Shown here: piece after piece, positions 1 through 7,193 of the stretch
Layout: the number at the start of each line of letters is the position of its first letter
Numbering within the stretch: position 1 is the first letter of the stretch
DNA from: Nitrospirota bacterium
GTDB taxonomy: Bacteria > Nitrospirota > UBA9217
NCBI GenBank assembly: GCA_035623825.1
Contig: DASPSR010000054.1
Coordinates: 1 to 10,630, forward strand
DNA: 10,630 nt
Direction of reading: 5' to 3'
Notes under the pieces: generated by a model
Told to the model about the DNA's origin: nothing
Database searches by the model: none
What the model saw: only the letters and a program-made list of their open reading frames with translations
Position numbers and translations under genes: made by a program

Positions 1-974
1 CCGTGTGAGCTCAAAACCTCACCGAGAATGTTGGTAAGCTGCACCGGCGCAAAGGCAACCGGCAGGTCAAAGGTCTCATCATACGCGGTAAGACAAACAA
101 ACGAAGAGAGTTTCGGGAACATCTCACGCTTGAAGTCCCTGAATTTGGCGTCCGTAAGCGCCCGAGTGATTTCTCTCGCCCGGTCGGACCGAAAATTGCA
201 GAAGATCACCACGTCCCCGTCCCGCATCGGAGCAAGGGGGCAGTTCTTTGTCGGTTCGAGTATGACCGCGGGAAGCATGAATTCATCGGTTCGGTTATGC
301 TCGTAGCTCTGCTTCACCGCTTCTACCGCGGAATACTTCCTGATGCCCTCGCCCATAACCATGGCCTCATATGCTTTCTGTATACGTTCCCATCGCTTAT
401 CGCGGTCCATGGAGTAGTACCGGCCTGAGACGGTGGCTATAGAACCGATGCCAATCTTGGAGAAATGCTCTTCGAGGGCGGTGATGTACCTTATGGCACT
501 TGAAGGCGGGGTGTCCCTGCCATCAAGGAAAGCGTGAAAGAAAACGTTTGTAATCCCCCGGGCTTTCGCCATGTCAAACAGTGCAAAGATATGGTCAAGG
601 CGGCTGTGCACCCCTCCGTCCGAAAGAAGCCCCATGAGATGGAGCGCTCTCTCTGGCTGTTTTACAGATTCCATGGCGGAAAGCAGAACAGGGTTTTTGA
701 AGAAATCTCCTTCTCTGATCGCCTTGCTGATACGGGTTGAATCCTGATAAACCACCCTTCCCGCTCCGAGATTCAGGTGTCCGACTTCGGAGTTTCCCAT
801 TTGTCCGTCAGGCAGACCGACGGCTTCGCCGGAAGCCTGGAGCTGGGTGTGCGGCCAGTCCCTGAGAATGCTTTCATATATGGGTGCATGCGCCGACGCG
901 ATCGCATTGCCTTCTTCCTTCATATTGATGCCCCACCCGTCCAGAACAACCAATACTACCGGTTTATCAGACAT
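1..974 (-). CDS. gpmI: 2,3-bisphosphoglycerate-independent phosphoglycerate mutase (N-terminal ~324 codons; runs off the window start)
   Basis: Not in the ORF track; translated by hand from ATG at 974: MSDKPVVLVVLDGWGINMKEEGNAIASAHAPIYESILRDWPHTQLQASGEAVGLPDGQMGNSEVGHLNLGAGRVVYQD. This carries the iPGM signatures LDGWG and GLPxGQMGNSEVGH (catalytic Ser). Later segments include GRYYSMDRD and NFRSDRAR, and the same frame reaches the edge as ...NILGEVLSSH. SD AAGGAG lies 5 nt upstream. Confidence 0.97.
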   Translation of the reverse strand, partial: MSDKPVVLVVLDGWGINMKEEGNAIASAHAPIYESILRDWPHTQLQASGEAVGLPDGQMGNSEVGHLNLGAGRVVYQDSTRISKAIREGDFFKNPVLLSAMESVKQPERALHLMGLLSDGGVHSRLDHIFALFDMAKARGITNVFFHAFLDGRDTPPSSAIRYITALEEHFSKIGIGSIATVSGRYYSMDRDKRWERIQKAYEAMVMGEGIRKYSAVEAVKQSYEHNRTDEFMLPAVILEPTKNCPLAPMRDGDVVIFCNFRSDRAREITRALTDAKFRDFKREMFPKLSSFVCLTAYDETFDLPVAFAPVQLTNILGEVLSSH

Positions 975-979
975 TCAAG

Positions 980-985
980 CTCCTT
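980..985 (-). promoter_or_regulatory. Shine-Dalgarno site of gpmI (AAGGAG)
   Basis: The minus strand reads GGTAAGGAGCTTGA-ATG, giving 5-nt spacing to the start codon. Confidence 0.8.
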
Positions 986-1118
986 ACCTTGTGAGAAAAC
1001 TTAAACCTCGAGCATCTGATCCCACATATCATCCTGTGTGAATGGATCGCCTGTGCGGCTCTGTTTTCAGGAGCGCATGGGTCTGCCATGTGGTCTTTGA
1101 TGTTTGAGATGTACGACG

Positions 1119-2426
1119 CTAACAGGGTTTTTCGAGATTGACGCCGAGGGTGTTCCACTTGCCGCAATTCGGGCAGCGGCCGGACCAGTCCGTGGTCTGC
1201 AGTTCGCAGTTGGAGCATACGTAAGGAATGATAATCTGCTTGCGGAAACCAAGCGCTTTCTTGAACTCCGATGCGGCAAGCCCCAGAGATCCTCTGCGCA
1301 AATAGATGTTCCCAAGCAGCTTATGCACATCCGGGTATTCCTTGTCTCCCCAATCCACAGAAGAGAGGACGTCAAAGGCCTCATCGATCATCTCCAGGCG
1401 GTAGTAAAGCTTGCCGAGAAAGAACTTGAGAACGATGTCCTGAGGTTTCCAAGTGACCGCCTGTTTATAGATTTCGATGGCTTTACCCGGTTCCCCCTGC
1501 TTGAGATTGACATCCTCGAGACGGTGGAGCAGCAGGGTCGATGAGGTCATTTTATACGCCTTTTCCCAGAGAGCGGCCGCCTCCTTTGTCTTGTCTTCTT
1601 CAAGATACACTTCGCCGAGTCCCAGATAGGCCGGGATAAAATCCCTGTCGAGTTTGATCACGCCGCGGAACATTTTTCGAGCGCGTTCCAGGTCACCGGC
1701 TTCGAGAAGGGAGCGGCCGAACTCATATTTGAACCCGACGAGTCTCCGGTGTTCCACCTCCTGTTCCGCCGGCGAGAGAGGGTTGGCCAGCAGCTGGCGT
1801 TGTGTCTCGTACAGGTCCTCCCAATTGTTCAACCGCTGATAGAGATCGCGCATCCTGATGAGTGCGGTAAAGTTGGATGAATCTCTGGAGAGTATCTCTT
1901 TATACAGTTTAAGGGCGTCGTCGTAACGCTTAGCCTCTTCATAATCGGCAGCCAATGAAAACATGACTTCTTGGTTGTCGCTGTCCAATCCCCACGCCTT
2001 TTGATGAAGAAGGATCGCTTCCTGTGGATTCTTCTCGCGGAGCAAGCTGATACCCATGCGAAGGAGCGTATCGACGTGGTTCGGTTCAATGTCGAGAACC
2101 TTCTGAAAATGGCTTATAGCCTCGCGATTCCTCTTTGCGAGCAGCGAATTGAGCCCTTTGGTGTAAAGCTCCTGAATCTTGGACCGTTTCTTCTGCTCGC
2201 GCTGCACCCTGAGGCCCCGGAGGTACCGCCTTATATCGCGCAGCATGTACAGGAAGAAAATAACGCCGGCACCGATGCCGAGAGATATGAGCAAGAAGGC
2301 CGACTTGGATATCTCATAGGATTTCGATGGAAGGATATTGATAGTCACCGTGCCTTGGTTGAAAGCAACCAAGAGCACGACAAGCATCGACACAATGAGC
2401 AGGAGAATTGTAACAATGAACCTCAT
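1119..2426 (-). CDS. lapB: LapA-LapB-like fusion: lipopolysaccharide assembly/regulatory TPR membrane protein with C-terminal rubredoxin-like domain
   Basis: 435 aa. Two N-terminal hydrophobic segments flank 'AFNQGTVTINIL', followed by a basic helix (LapA pattern). Next come 'YTKGLNSLL...AISHF...HVDTLLRMG...AILLHQ' (LapB N-terminal TPR pattern), further TPR-like helices, and C-terminal YVCSNC-x10-CPNCGKWNTL (LapB 4-Cys metal site). SD-like GGAAAGGA upstream. Confidence 0.8.
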   Translation of the reverse strand: MRFIVTILLLIVSMLVVLLVAFNQGTVTINILPSKSYEISKSAFLLISLGIGAGVIFFLYMLRDIRRYLRGLRVQREQKKRSKIQELYTKGLNSLLAKRNREAISHFQKVLDIEPNHVDTLLRMGISLLREKNPQEAILLHQKAWGLDSDNQEVMFSLAADYEEAKRYDDALKLYKEILSRDSSNFTALIRMRDLYQRLNNWEDLYETQRQLLANPLSPAEQEVEHRRLVGFKYEFGRSLLEAGDLERARKMFRGVIKLDRDFIPAYLGLGEVYLEEDKTKEAAALWEKAYKMTSSTLLLHRLEDVNLKQGEPGKAIEIYKQAVTWKPQDIVLKFFLGKLYYRLEMIDEAFDVLSSVDWGDKEYPDVHKLLGNIYLRRGSLGLAASEFKKALGFRKQIIIPYVCSNCELQTTDWSGRCPNCGKWNTLGVNLEKPC

Positions 2427-2459
2427 CCGCGATCCTTTCCCCAGAAAAAATCAATTCTT

Positions 2460-2481
2460 CAGCGCTTTGTTCGCCGCGCTG
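2460..2481 (-). other. Intergenic stem-loop between rlmH and lapAB (possible weak terminator or processing hairpin)
   Basis: Perfect 6-bp inverted repeat CAGCGC (2460-2465) / GCGCTG (2476-2481) with a 10-nt loop. On the minus strand it is followed by AAGAATTGATTTTTT, so the U-tract is not adjacent. Confidence 0.3.
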
Positions 2482-2502
2482 CATGGAACAGGCGCCAACT
2501 GA

Positions 2503-2973
2503 TTAATAATGATACGGTTTCCCCTTCAGTATTGTAAAAGCGCGGTACAGCTGTTCAAGAAACACAAGTCTCGCCATCTCGTGCGTGAGCGTCCATCGCG
2601 ACATCGCGATCACTTTCCTGGCACATCCCGTTACCCGGTCGTCCAGCCCCATTGCGCCGCCGATCACGAATACCGCCTCCCTGACGCCGGACTGCAGGAC
2701 CCCGTCCAGGAATCCGGCAAACTCATGAGAGGTGAATTCCTCACCCCGCTCATCCAATGCCGCCAGGAACGTTCCTGCCGGGAGAGACTTGAGTATTTTC
2801 TCGGCTTCCTTCTTCCTGACGGTCGGGGCATCCTTCAGGCTCGTTATTTTCTCCTCGTTGAGCTCCTGCATTTCTATGGACGCATACGGCCTCAGGTATC
2901 GCAGATACTTCTGGATCCCTTCCTGGATAAACCGCTCCTTCGTTTTTCCCATGCAGAGAATGCGAAGCTTCAT
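2503..2973 (-). CDS. rlmH: 23S rRNA (pseudouridine-1915-N3)-methyltransferase, SPOUT family
   Basis: 156 aa with LDERG, FVIGGAMG and SRWTLTHEMARLVFLEQLYRAFTILKGKPYH. Canonical position after rsfS, with ATGA overlap. Confidence 0.96.
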   Translation of the reverse strand: MKLRILCMGKTKERFIQEGIQKYLRYLRPYASIEMQELNEEKITSLKDAPTVRKKEAEKILKSLPAGTFLAALDERGEEFTSHEFAGFLDGVLQSGVREAVFVIGGAMGLDDRVTGCARKVIAMSRWTLTHEMARLVFLEQLYRAFTILKGKPYHY

Positions 2974-3347
2974 GGGGCGGCGCTCTGCATGGCCTTGGGC
3001 CGTCCAAGAAAAGGAACCCTGACGGCATCGCCCCAGAGCTTTTCCAGGGCAAAATAGGCCCTCGTCTGCTCATCGAAAATGTGCACTACGACATCGCCGT
3101 AATCCATGAGCACCCAGCTCGATTCGGTCTGTCCTTCTATATGTGAAGGATGAACGCCGGTTTTCGCGAGAGTCTGTACGATCCAGTCCGAAATAGCAGA
3201 AACCTGCGTGGTATTGCTCCCCGAGCAGATGACGAAATAATCGGCTATGTAGGTGAGCCTGCGGATATCGAGTATCAGTATATCGAATGCTTTCTTGGTA
3301 TCCGCAGCCTCTGCGCAGAGCTGCGCCGCTTCCAAAGTGTCACGCAT
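2970..3347 (-). CDS. rsfS: Ribosome silencing factor (Iojap family)
   Basis: 125 aa with KKAFDILILDI, ADYFVICSG and WVLMDYGDVVVHIF...RAYFALEKLWGD. Start overlaps the nadD stop (ATGCGTGA). Confidence 0.97.
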   Translation of the reverse strand: MRDTLEAAQLCAEAADTKKAFDILILDIRRLTYIADYFVICSGSNTTQVSAISDWIVQTLAKTGVHPSHIEGQTESSWVLMDYGDVVVHIFDEQTRAYFALEKLWGDAVRVPFLGRPKAMQSAAP

Positions 3348-3999
3348 ATAGCTTATTTTTTATTATATAGGTTTCAACATCCTCAGGCAAGTGATATTTA
3401 ACAGTCCTGGAGTCACGGATCCTCTTGCGGATGTCTGTTGACGATATGTCGTAGAGAGGGATCATTTCCAGACAGATCTTGAAACCGTCCGGCTGGAACA
3501 TCGCATGCATCAGATCTCCACTGTCCAATGCAGCAAGCATTTTCGAAGCGCCTTTCATGAAATCGATTTTCATGAGGTCGGCGAAGCGATAACCTGGCCT
3601 CGAAAGCACGACAAAACTGCACAGCTGGAGAAGCCTTTCCCAGCGACTCCACATCTGTATTTCAAGGAATGAATCAACGCCCGTAATGAAATAAAAATCC
3701 GTCGCCTGATGCATCGCGCGCAACGCAGTCACCGTCTCGATGGTATAGGACTTTCCTCCGCGCATCACCTCAATGTCTGATACCGAAAAAAGAGGGTTGC
3801 TGGCAATCGCGAGACGGACCATCTCGAGCCTTTGGACAGCGGGCGGCATGTCTTCTTCGTGCTTGTGCGGGGGAAGATAGGAAGGAATAAATACGACCCT
3901 GTCCAGCTTTAATCTGTCACGTACCTCTTCTGCCGCGGCAAGATGTCCATAGTGGATGGGATTGAATGTGCCGCCGAGGATGCCAAACTTCTGTGCCAA
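3340..3999 (-). CDS. nadD: Nicotinate-nucleotide adenylyltransferase
   Basis: 219 aa with GILGGTFNPIHYGHL (HxGH), PPHK, SYT, GVDS and ISSTDIR motifs. TTG start with GGGAGAG SD at 4003-4009. Standard proA-nadD-rsfS context. Confidence 0.96.
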   Translation of the reverse strand: MAQKFGILGGTFNPIHYGHLAAAEEVRDRLKLDRVVFIPSYLPPHKHEEDMPPAVQRLEMVRLAIASNPLFSVSDIEVMRGGKSYTIETVTALRAMHQATDFYFITGVDSFLEIQMWSRWERLLQLCSFVVLSRPGYRFADLMKIDFMKGASKMLAALDSGDLMHAMFQPDGFKICLEMIPLYDISSTDIRKRIRDSRTVKYHLPEDVETYIIKNKLYA

Positions 4000-4058
4000 T
4001 CGCTCTCCCGATGATCAGTCTAAAGAGTTATTGTTATGCGCCGTAAAACCTTTTTTTT

Positions 4059-4112
4059 CAGGCACTCCCTCAATGCCTGTGTTCCGATACGCCTGGCTCG
4101 CCGGGTCCAGGC
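4059..4112 (-). other. Two tandem stem-loops in the proA-nadD intergenic region
   Basis: Minus strand: GCCTGG-N10-CCAGGC (4112-4091), then CAGGCATT-GAGGG-AGTGCCTG (4079-4059; 8 bp including one G-U), followed by A8. Confidence 0.45.
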
Positions 4113-5368
4113 TACTTCCTAATCTGTCCGCTCCCGAATACGATGAACTTGGTTGAGGTAAGCTCTTCCAAACCCATAGGCCCGCGAGCGTGGATCCTGG
4201 TCGTTGATATCCCGATCTCTGCGCCCAGCCCGAACTCAAAGCCGTCGTTCAATCGCGTGGAAGCGTTCACGAACACAGCAGAGGCGTCGACTTCGCGCTG
4301 GAACCGACGGGCATTACAGTAGTCGTCCGTGACAATGGCTTCCGAGTGCTGCGAACCATGCGCCGCGATATGCTGCATTGCATCTTCGATGCTTTCCACG
4401 ATTCTCACGTTCAGGATCAGATCGTTATACTCCGTGTCCCAGTCCTTTTCCGTGGCCGCCTTGATATCAGGCACGATTGCCCTCGTCTTCTCGTCTCCAC
4501 GGATTTCAACAGAGGCCTTCTTCATCCGGTCGATGATCGCCGGCAAAAATGTTTTGGCCACGTCTTTATGCACGAGCATGGTTTCCATGGCGTTGCAGGT
4601 GCCAGGCCGCTGGACCTTGGCGTTAAAGCATATGTCCTCCGCCATCTTGAAATCAGCCTTGCTGTCAACGTACACATGGCATATGCCTTTATCATGCTTG
4701 ATGACCGGTATCGTTGAGTTCTCCGAAACCATTCGTATGAGCCCCTCCCCGCCGCGCGGGATGATGAGGTCGATGAACTGATTGAGCTTGAGCATCTCCG
4801 TGACGCAGGACCGGTCGGGATTATCGATGAAGGAAACCGCCCCTTCAGGGATGCCTGCTTCGGCCCCTGCCCGGGAGAGCACGACAACGATTGCCGTATT
4901 GGTATGCACGGCCTCGGAGCCTCCTCGGAGCAAGACCGCGTTGCCGGATTTCAGACAGAGCGCCGCCGAATCAGCTGTCACATTGGGCCGGGACTCATAA
5001 ATGATGCCGATGAGCCCGATGGGGACACGCATCCTCCCCACCTCCATGCCGTTCGGCCTGCGCCACATCCTGAGCACCTCACCCACGGGATCCGGGAGCG
5101 CCGCTACCTCTCGGAGGCCATCTGCCATGCCTTTGACCCGATCGGGATTCAAGGTCAGCCGATCGATCATGGCCTTTGACAGCCCTTTCTGTTCTGCTGC
5201 CTTGAGGTCCTTCTTGTTCTCGACGATGAGCTTATCAGCTTCTTTCTCGAGTCCCGCCGCCATTTTGAAGAGTGCATTGTTTTTTATTTCGGTCGAGATG
5301 TTTGCCAGCACTCGCGATGCGCTCTTAGCCTTTTTTGCCTTATCTGAAACATACTGCCTGATTTCCAT
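4112..5368 (-). CDS. proA: Gamma-glutamyl phosphate reductase (glutamate-5-semialdehyde dehydrogenase)
   Basis: 418 aa with VPIGLIGIIYESRPNVT, KSGNAVLLRGGSEA, IIPRGG, catalytic CNAMET, NASTRLNDG and GAEIGISTTRIHARGPMGL. SD AGAGGG at 5373-5378. Confidence 0.98.
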   Translation of the reverse strand: MEIRQYVSDKAKKAKSASRVLANISTEIKNNALFKMAAGLEKEADKLIVENKKDLKAAEQKGLSKAMIDRLTLNPDRVKGMADGLREVAALPDPVGEVLRMWRRPNGMEVGRMRVPIGLIGIIYESRPNVTADSAALCLKSGNAVLLRGGSEAVHTNTAIVVVLSRAGAEAGIPEGAVSFIDNPDRSCVTEMLKLNQFIDLIIPRGGEGLIRMVSENSTIPVIKHDKGICHVYVDSKADFKMAEDICFNAKVQRPGTCNAMETMLVHKDVAKTFLPAIIDRMKKASVEIRGDEKTRAIVPDIKAATEKDWDTEYNDLILNVRIVESIEDAMQHIAAHGSQHSEAIVTDDYCNARRFQREVDASAVFVNASTRLNDGFEFGLGAEIGISTTRIHARGPMGLEELTSTKFIVFGSGQIRK

Positions 5369-5409
5369 AAGTCCCTCTCTTCGTGGCTTCTCGGTTCAAT
5401 CTTTCAATG

Positions 5410-5431
5410 TACAATATCCCGTTACAATATC
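5410..5431. repeat. 9-bp direct repeat TACAATATC x2 at the proB stop
   Basis: Exact copies at 5410-5418 and 5423-5431. Two TTCAAT copies lie adjacent at 5395-5400 and 5403-5408. Confidence 0.6.
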
Positions 5432-6567
5432 ACAAGGTCGTCCCGGTGGATCACCTCATCATAGTCCTTATGCCCGAGAATGGACTCTATCTGCGAGGTT
5501 TTGAGTCCCTTGATCCTGTCAAGATCCGACGAAGAATACTTGGTAAGTCCTCGAGCGAATACAGTGCCCTTGAGATCGGCACAGGCCACACAGTCTCCCA
5601 GCTTGAAATTTCCCTCTACCCTGACCACTCCGCCGGGCAGAAGGCTTTTCCCCCTGTTCACGAGCGCCTCGCGCGCTCCGTTGTCGACCACGAGCTTCCC
5701 TGCTGAGCAGACCGTATACGCGATCCAGTGCTTCCGGCTGTCCTGCTTCTCGGGCTTCGGTAAAAAAAGCGTGCCGACTTCCTCTCCATCGAACAGCGCC
5801 TGGAGAATGCCGGGTTTTTTCCCGTTCACGATCACCATGGGTGCGCCGTATGCGCCGACCTTCTTCGCCGTCATAATCTTGGAACGCATACCCCCCGTGC
5901 CGACGGCCGTCTGAGCATCCCCAGCTCCGCGTTCCAGTTCAGGCGTGATCTTCTCGACGACAGGGACGATCTCCGCCGAGGAATCGAGCTTAGGATCAGC
6001 AGTATAGAGGCCATCGATGTCAGAAAGGATGACGAGCAAATCTGCGTCGGCAAGGTGTACGACCATCCCTGAGAGGTTGTCGTTGTCGCCGAACTTGATC
6101 TCGTCCACGGACACCGTATCGTTTTCGTTGATGACCGGGACAACACCGTAATCGAGCAGCGTCCTGAGCGTGTTTCTCGCGTTCAAAAATCGGGTCCTGT
6201 TCGAGAGGTCTTCGCGCGTCAGGAGTACCTGGGCGACCTTTTTGCCGTATGCGCTGAAAGTCTTCTCATACATCCACATGAGGCTTGACTGGCCGATCGC
6301 GGCGGAGGCCTGTTTCACCGAAAGCGGCAGCCCCTTCTTCTTGGTGAGGCCCAATTTCGCGAAGCCAGCGGCGATCGCGCCTGACGAAACGAGGATTACC
6401 TCCCGGCCCTTGTCAAGGAGAGCAGATATTTCCGATGCGAGCCGCTCGATACGCGCTTGGTCAAGCCCCGATTCAGAAGAGGCGAGCACCGCGCTTCCGA
6501 CCTTAATGACGATCCTGCGCTTGTTTGACAAGAGAGAACTTCGGTCAAGTGTGATGGCTTTTTTCAT
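5422..6567 (-). CDS. proB: Glutamate 5-kinase with C-terminal PUA domain
   Basis: 381 aa with RIVIKVGS, VSSGAIAAG, INENDTV, FGDNDNLS and GTGGMRSK. PUA-type tail: VDNGA...SLLPGGV...EVIHRDDLV. Confidence 0.98.
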   Translation of the reverse strand: MKKAITLDRSSLLSNKRRIVIKVGSAVLASSESGLDQARIERLASEISALLDKGREVILVSSGAIAAGFAKLGLTKKKGLPLSVKQASAAIGQSSLMWMYEKTFSAYGKKVAQVLLTREDLSNRTRFLNARNTLRTLLDYGVVPVINENDTVSVDEIKFGDNDNLSGMVVHLADADLLVILSDIDGLYTADPKLDSSAEIVPVVEKITPELERGAGDAQTAVGTGGMRSKIMTAKKVGAYGAPMVIVNGKKPGILQALFDGEEVGTLFLPKPEKQDSRKHWIAYTVCSAGKLVVDNGAREALVNRGKSLLPGGVVRVEGNFKLGDCVACADLKGTVFARGLTKYSSSDLDRIKGLKTSQIESILGHKDYDEVIHRDDLVIL

Positions 6568-6611
6568 AGAGCGATATCAGTATCAATACCCGTCGTTCGT
6601 AATCACGCTGT

Positions 6612-7193
6612 TTATATATCCTCTGCGCCATGGCTGATGATCCAGTCCACGGCCTCCGTAATGCTGTGCGCCGTATAATCTGGCGCTACGACGTGTCCCG
6701 GCCTCTCATTTCCGGGATCATCCGGCGCAAAACCGCTTGTGACCAGTATAGCACGAACACCAGCCCGTTGAGCAAGCTCGATATCGCTCCATTTGTCCCC
6801 GACCATGAATGAGTGATTGATATCTATGTCGAAATCTCTCATCGCCTGGTCGATTAAACCGGTCCCCGGTTTCCTGCAGTCGCAAGACATGGTATATTTA
6901 GAGTTGCCCGCGGTCGGGTGATGCGGGCAATAATAGATGCCGTCAAGGACTGCCCCCTCCTCCCGCAGCATGCCGGTAAGATACGCATGTGCTTCGTGAA
7001 CCAGAGACTCCGGGAAATATCCCCGTGCCACTCCTGACTGGTTCGTAACGAGGATCACCTTGTAACCGGCATGGTTCAATTTTTTGATCGCCGCGCCTGC
7101 TCCCGGAATGAGGCGGAGCCTGCTCAAGTCCGTCAGATACCCCACCTCCTCGTTCACCGTACCGTCTCTGTCGAGAAATACCGCCTTGCTCAT
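6612..7193 (-). CDS. gmhB: D-glycero-D-manno-heptose-1,7-bisphosphate 7-phosphatase (HAD-IIIA)
   Basis: FLDRDGT, VTNQSGVARG, Zn-site YYCPHH...CDCRKP and GDKWSD. I moved the start from 7220 to ATG 7193 (MSKAVFLDRDG, 193 aa), which overlaps the lpxK stop as ATGA and has AAGGA upstream. The LPS context favours GmhB over histidinol phosphatase. Confidence 0.88.
   Translation of the reverse strand: MSKAVFLDRDGTVNEEVGYLTDLSRLRLIPGAGAAIKKLNHAGYKVILVTNQSGVARGYFPESLVHEAHAYLTGMLREEGAVLDGIYYCPHHPTAGNSKYTMSCDCRKPGTGLIDQAMRDFDIDINHSFMVGDKWSDIELAQRAGVRAILVTSGFAPDDPGNERPGHVVAPDYTAHSITEAVDWIISHGAEDI

Noticed and set aside
28-1041. Plus-strand ORFs 28..306, 534..740, 777..1004 and 847..1041
   Set aside because: They are antisense shadows of gpmI, which occupies the minus strand here and was missed by the ORF track only because it lacks a stop inside the window.
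967-1089. 40-aa minus-strand mini-ORF (MADPCAPENR...RSLNV; tail of the 967..1218 ORF) whose stop overlaps the gpmI start by 8 nt, resembling a leader peptide
   Set aside because: No SD upstream and no recognisable motif or biased composition; gpmI has its own strong SD. It would need Ribo-seq or conservation evidence.
2503-2530. RlmH ends YHY rather than the E. coli-type YHR tail
   Set aside because: The residue after YH varies among RlmH homologues as I recall them (K, N, H, Y), and all other motifs are intact. Not evidence of inactivation or novelty.
4051-4079. Hairpin plus T8 as an intrinsic terminator
   Set aside because: The polarity is wrong on both strands: T8 precedes the stem on +, and A8 follows it on -. 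Kept only as a structural finding.
4015-4239. 74-aa minus-strand ORF crossing the proA end and the nadD leader
   Set aside because: It overlaps proA out of frame by more than 120 nt and shows no family resemblance or clear initiation signal.
5384-5394. 11-bp match TGGCTTCTCGG shared with 10620-10630
   Set aside because: Several exact 11-mer matches are expected by chance in 10.6 kb, and the second copy lies inside the msbA coding frame.
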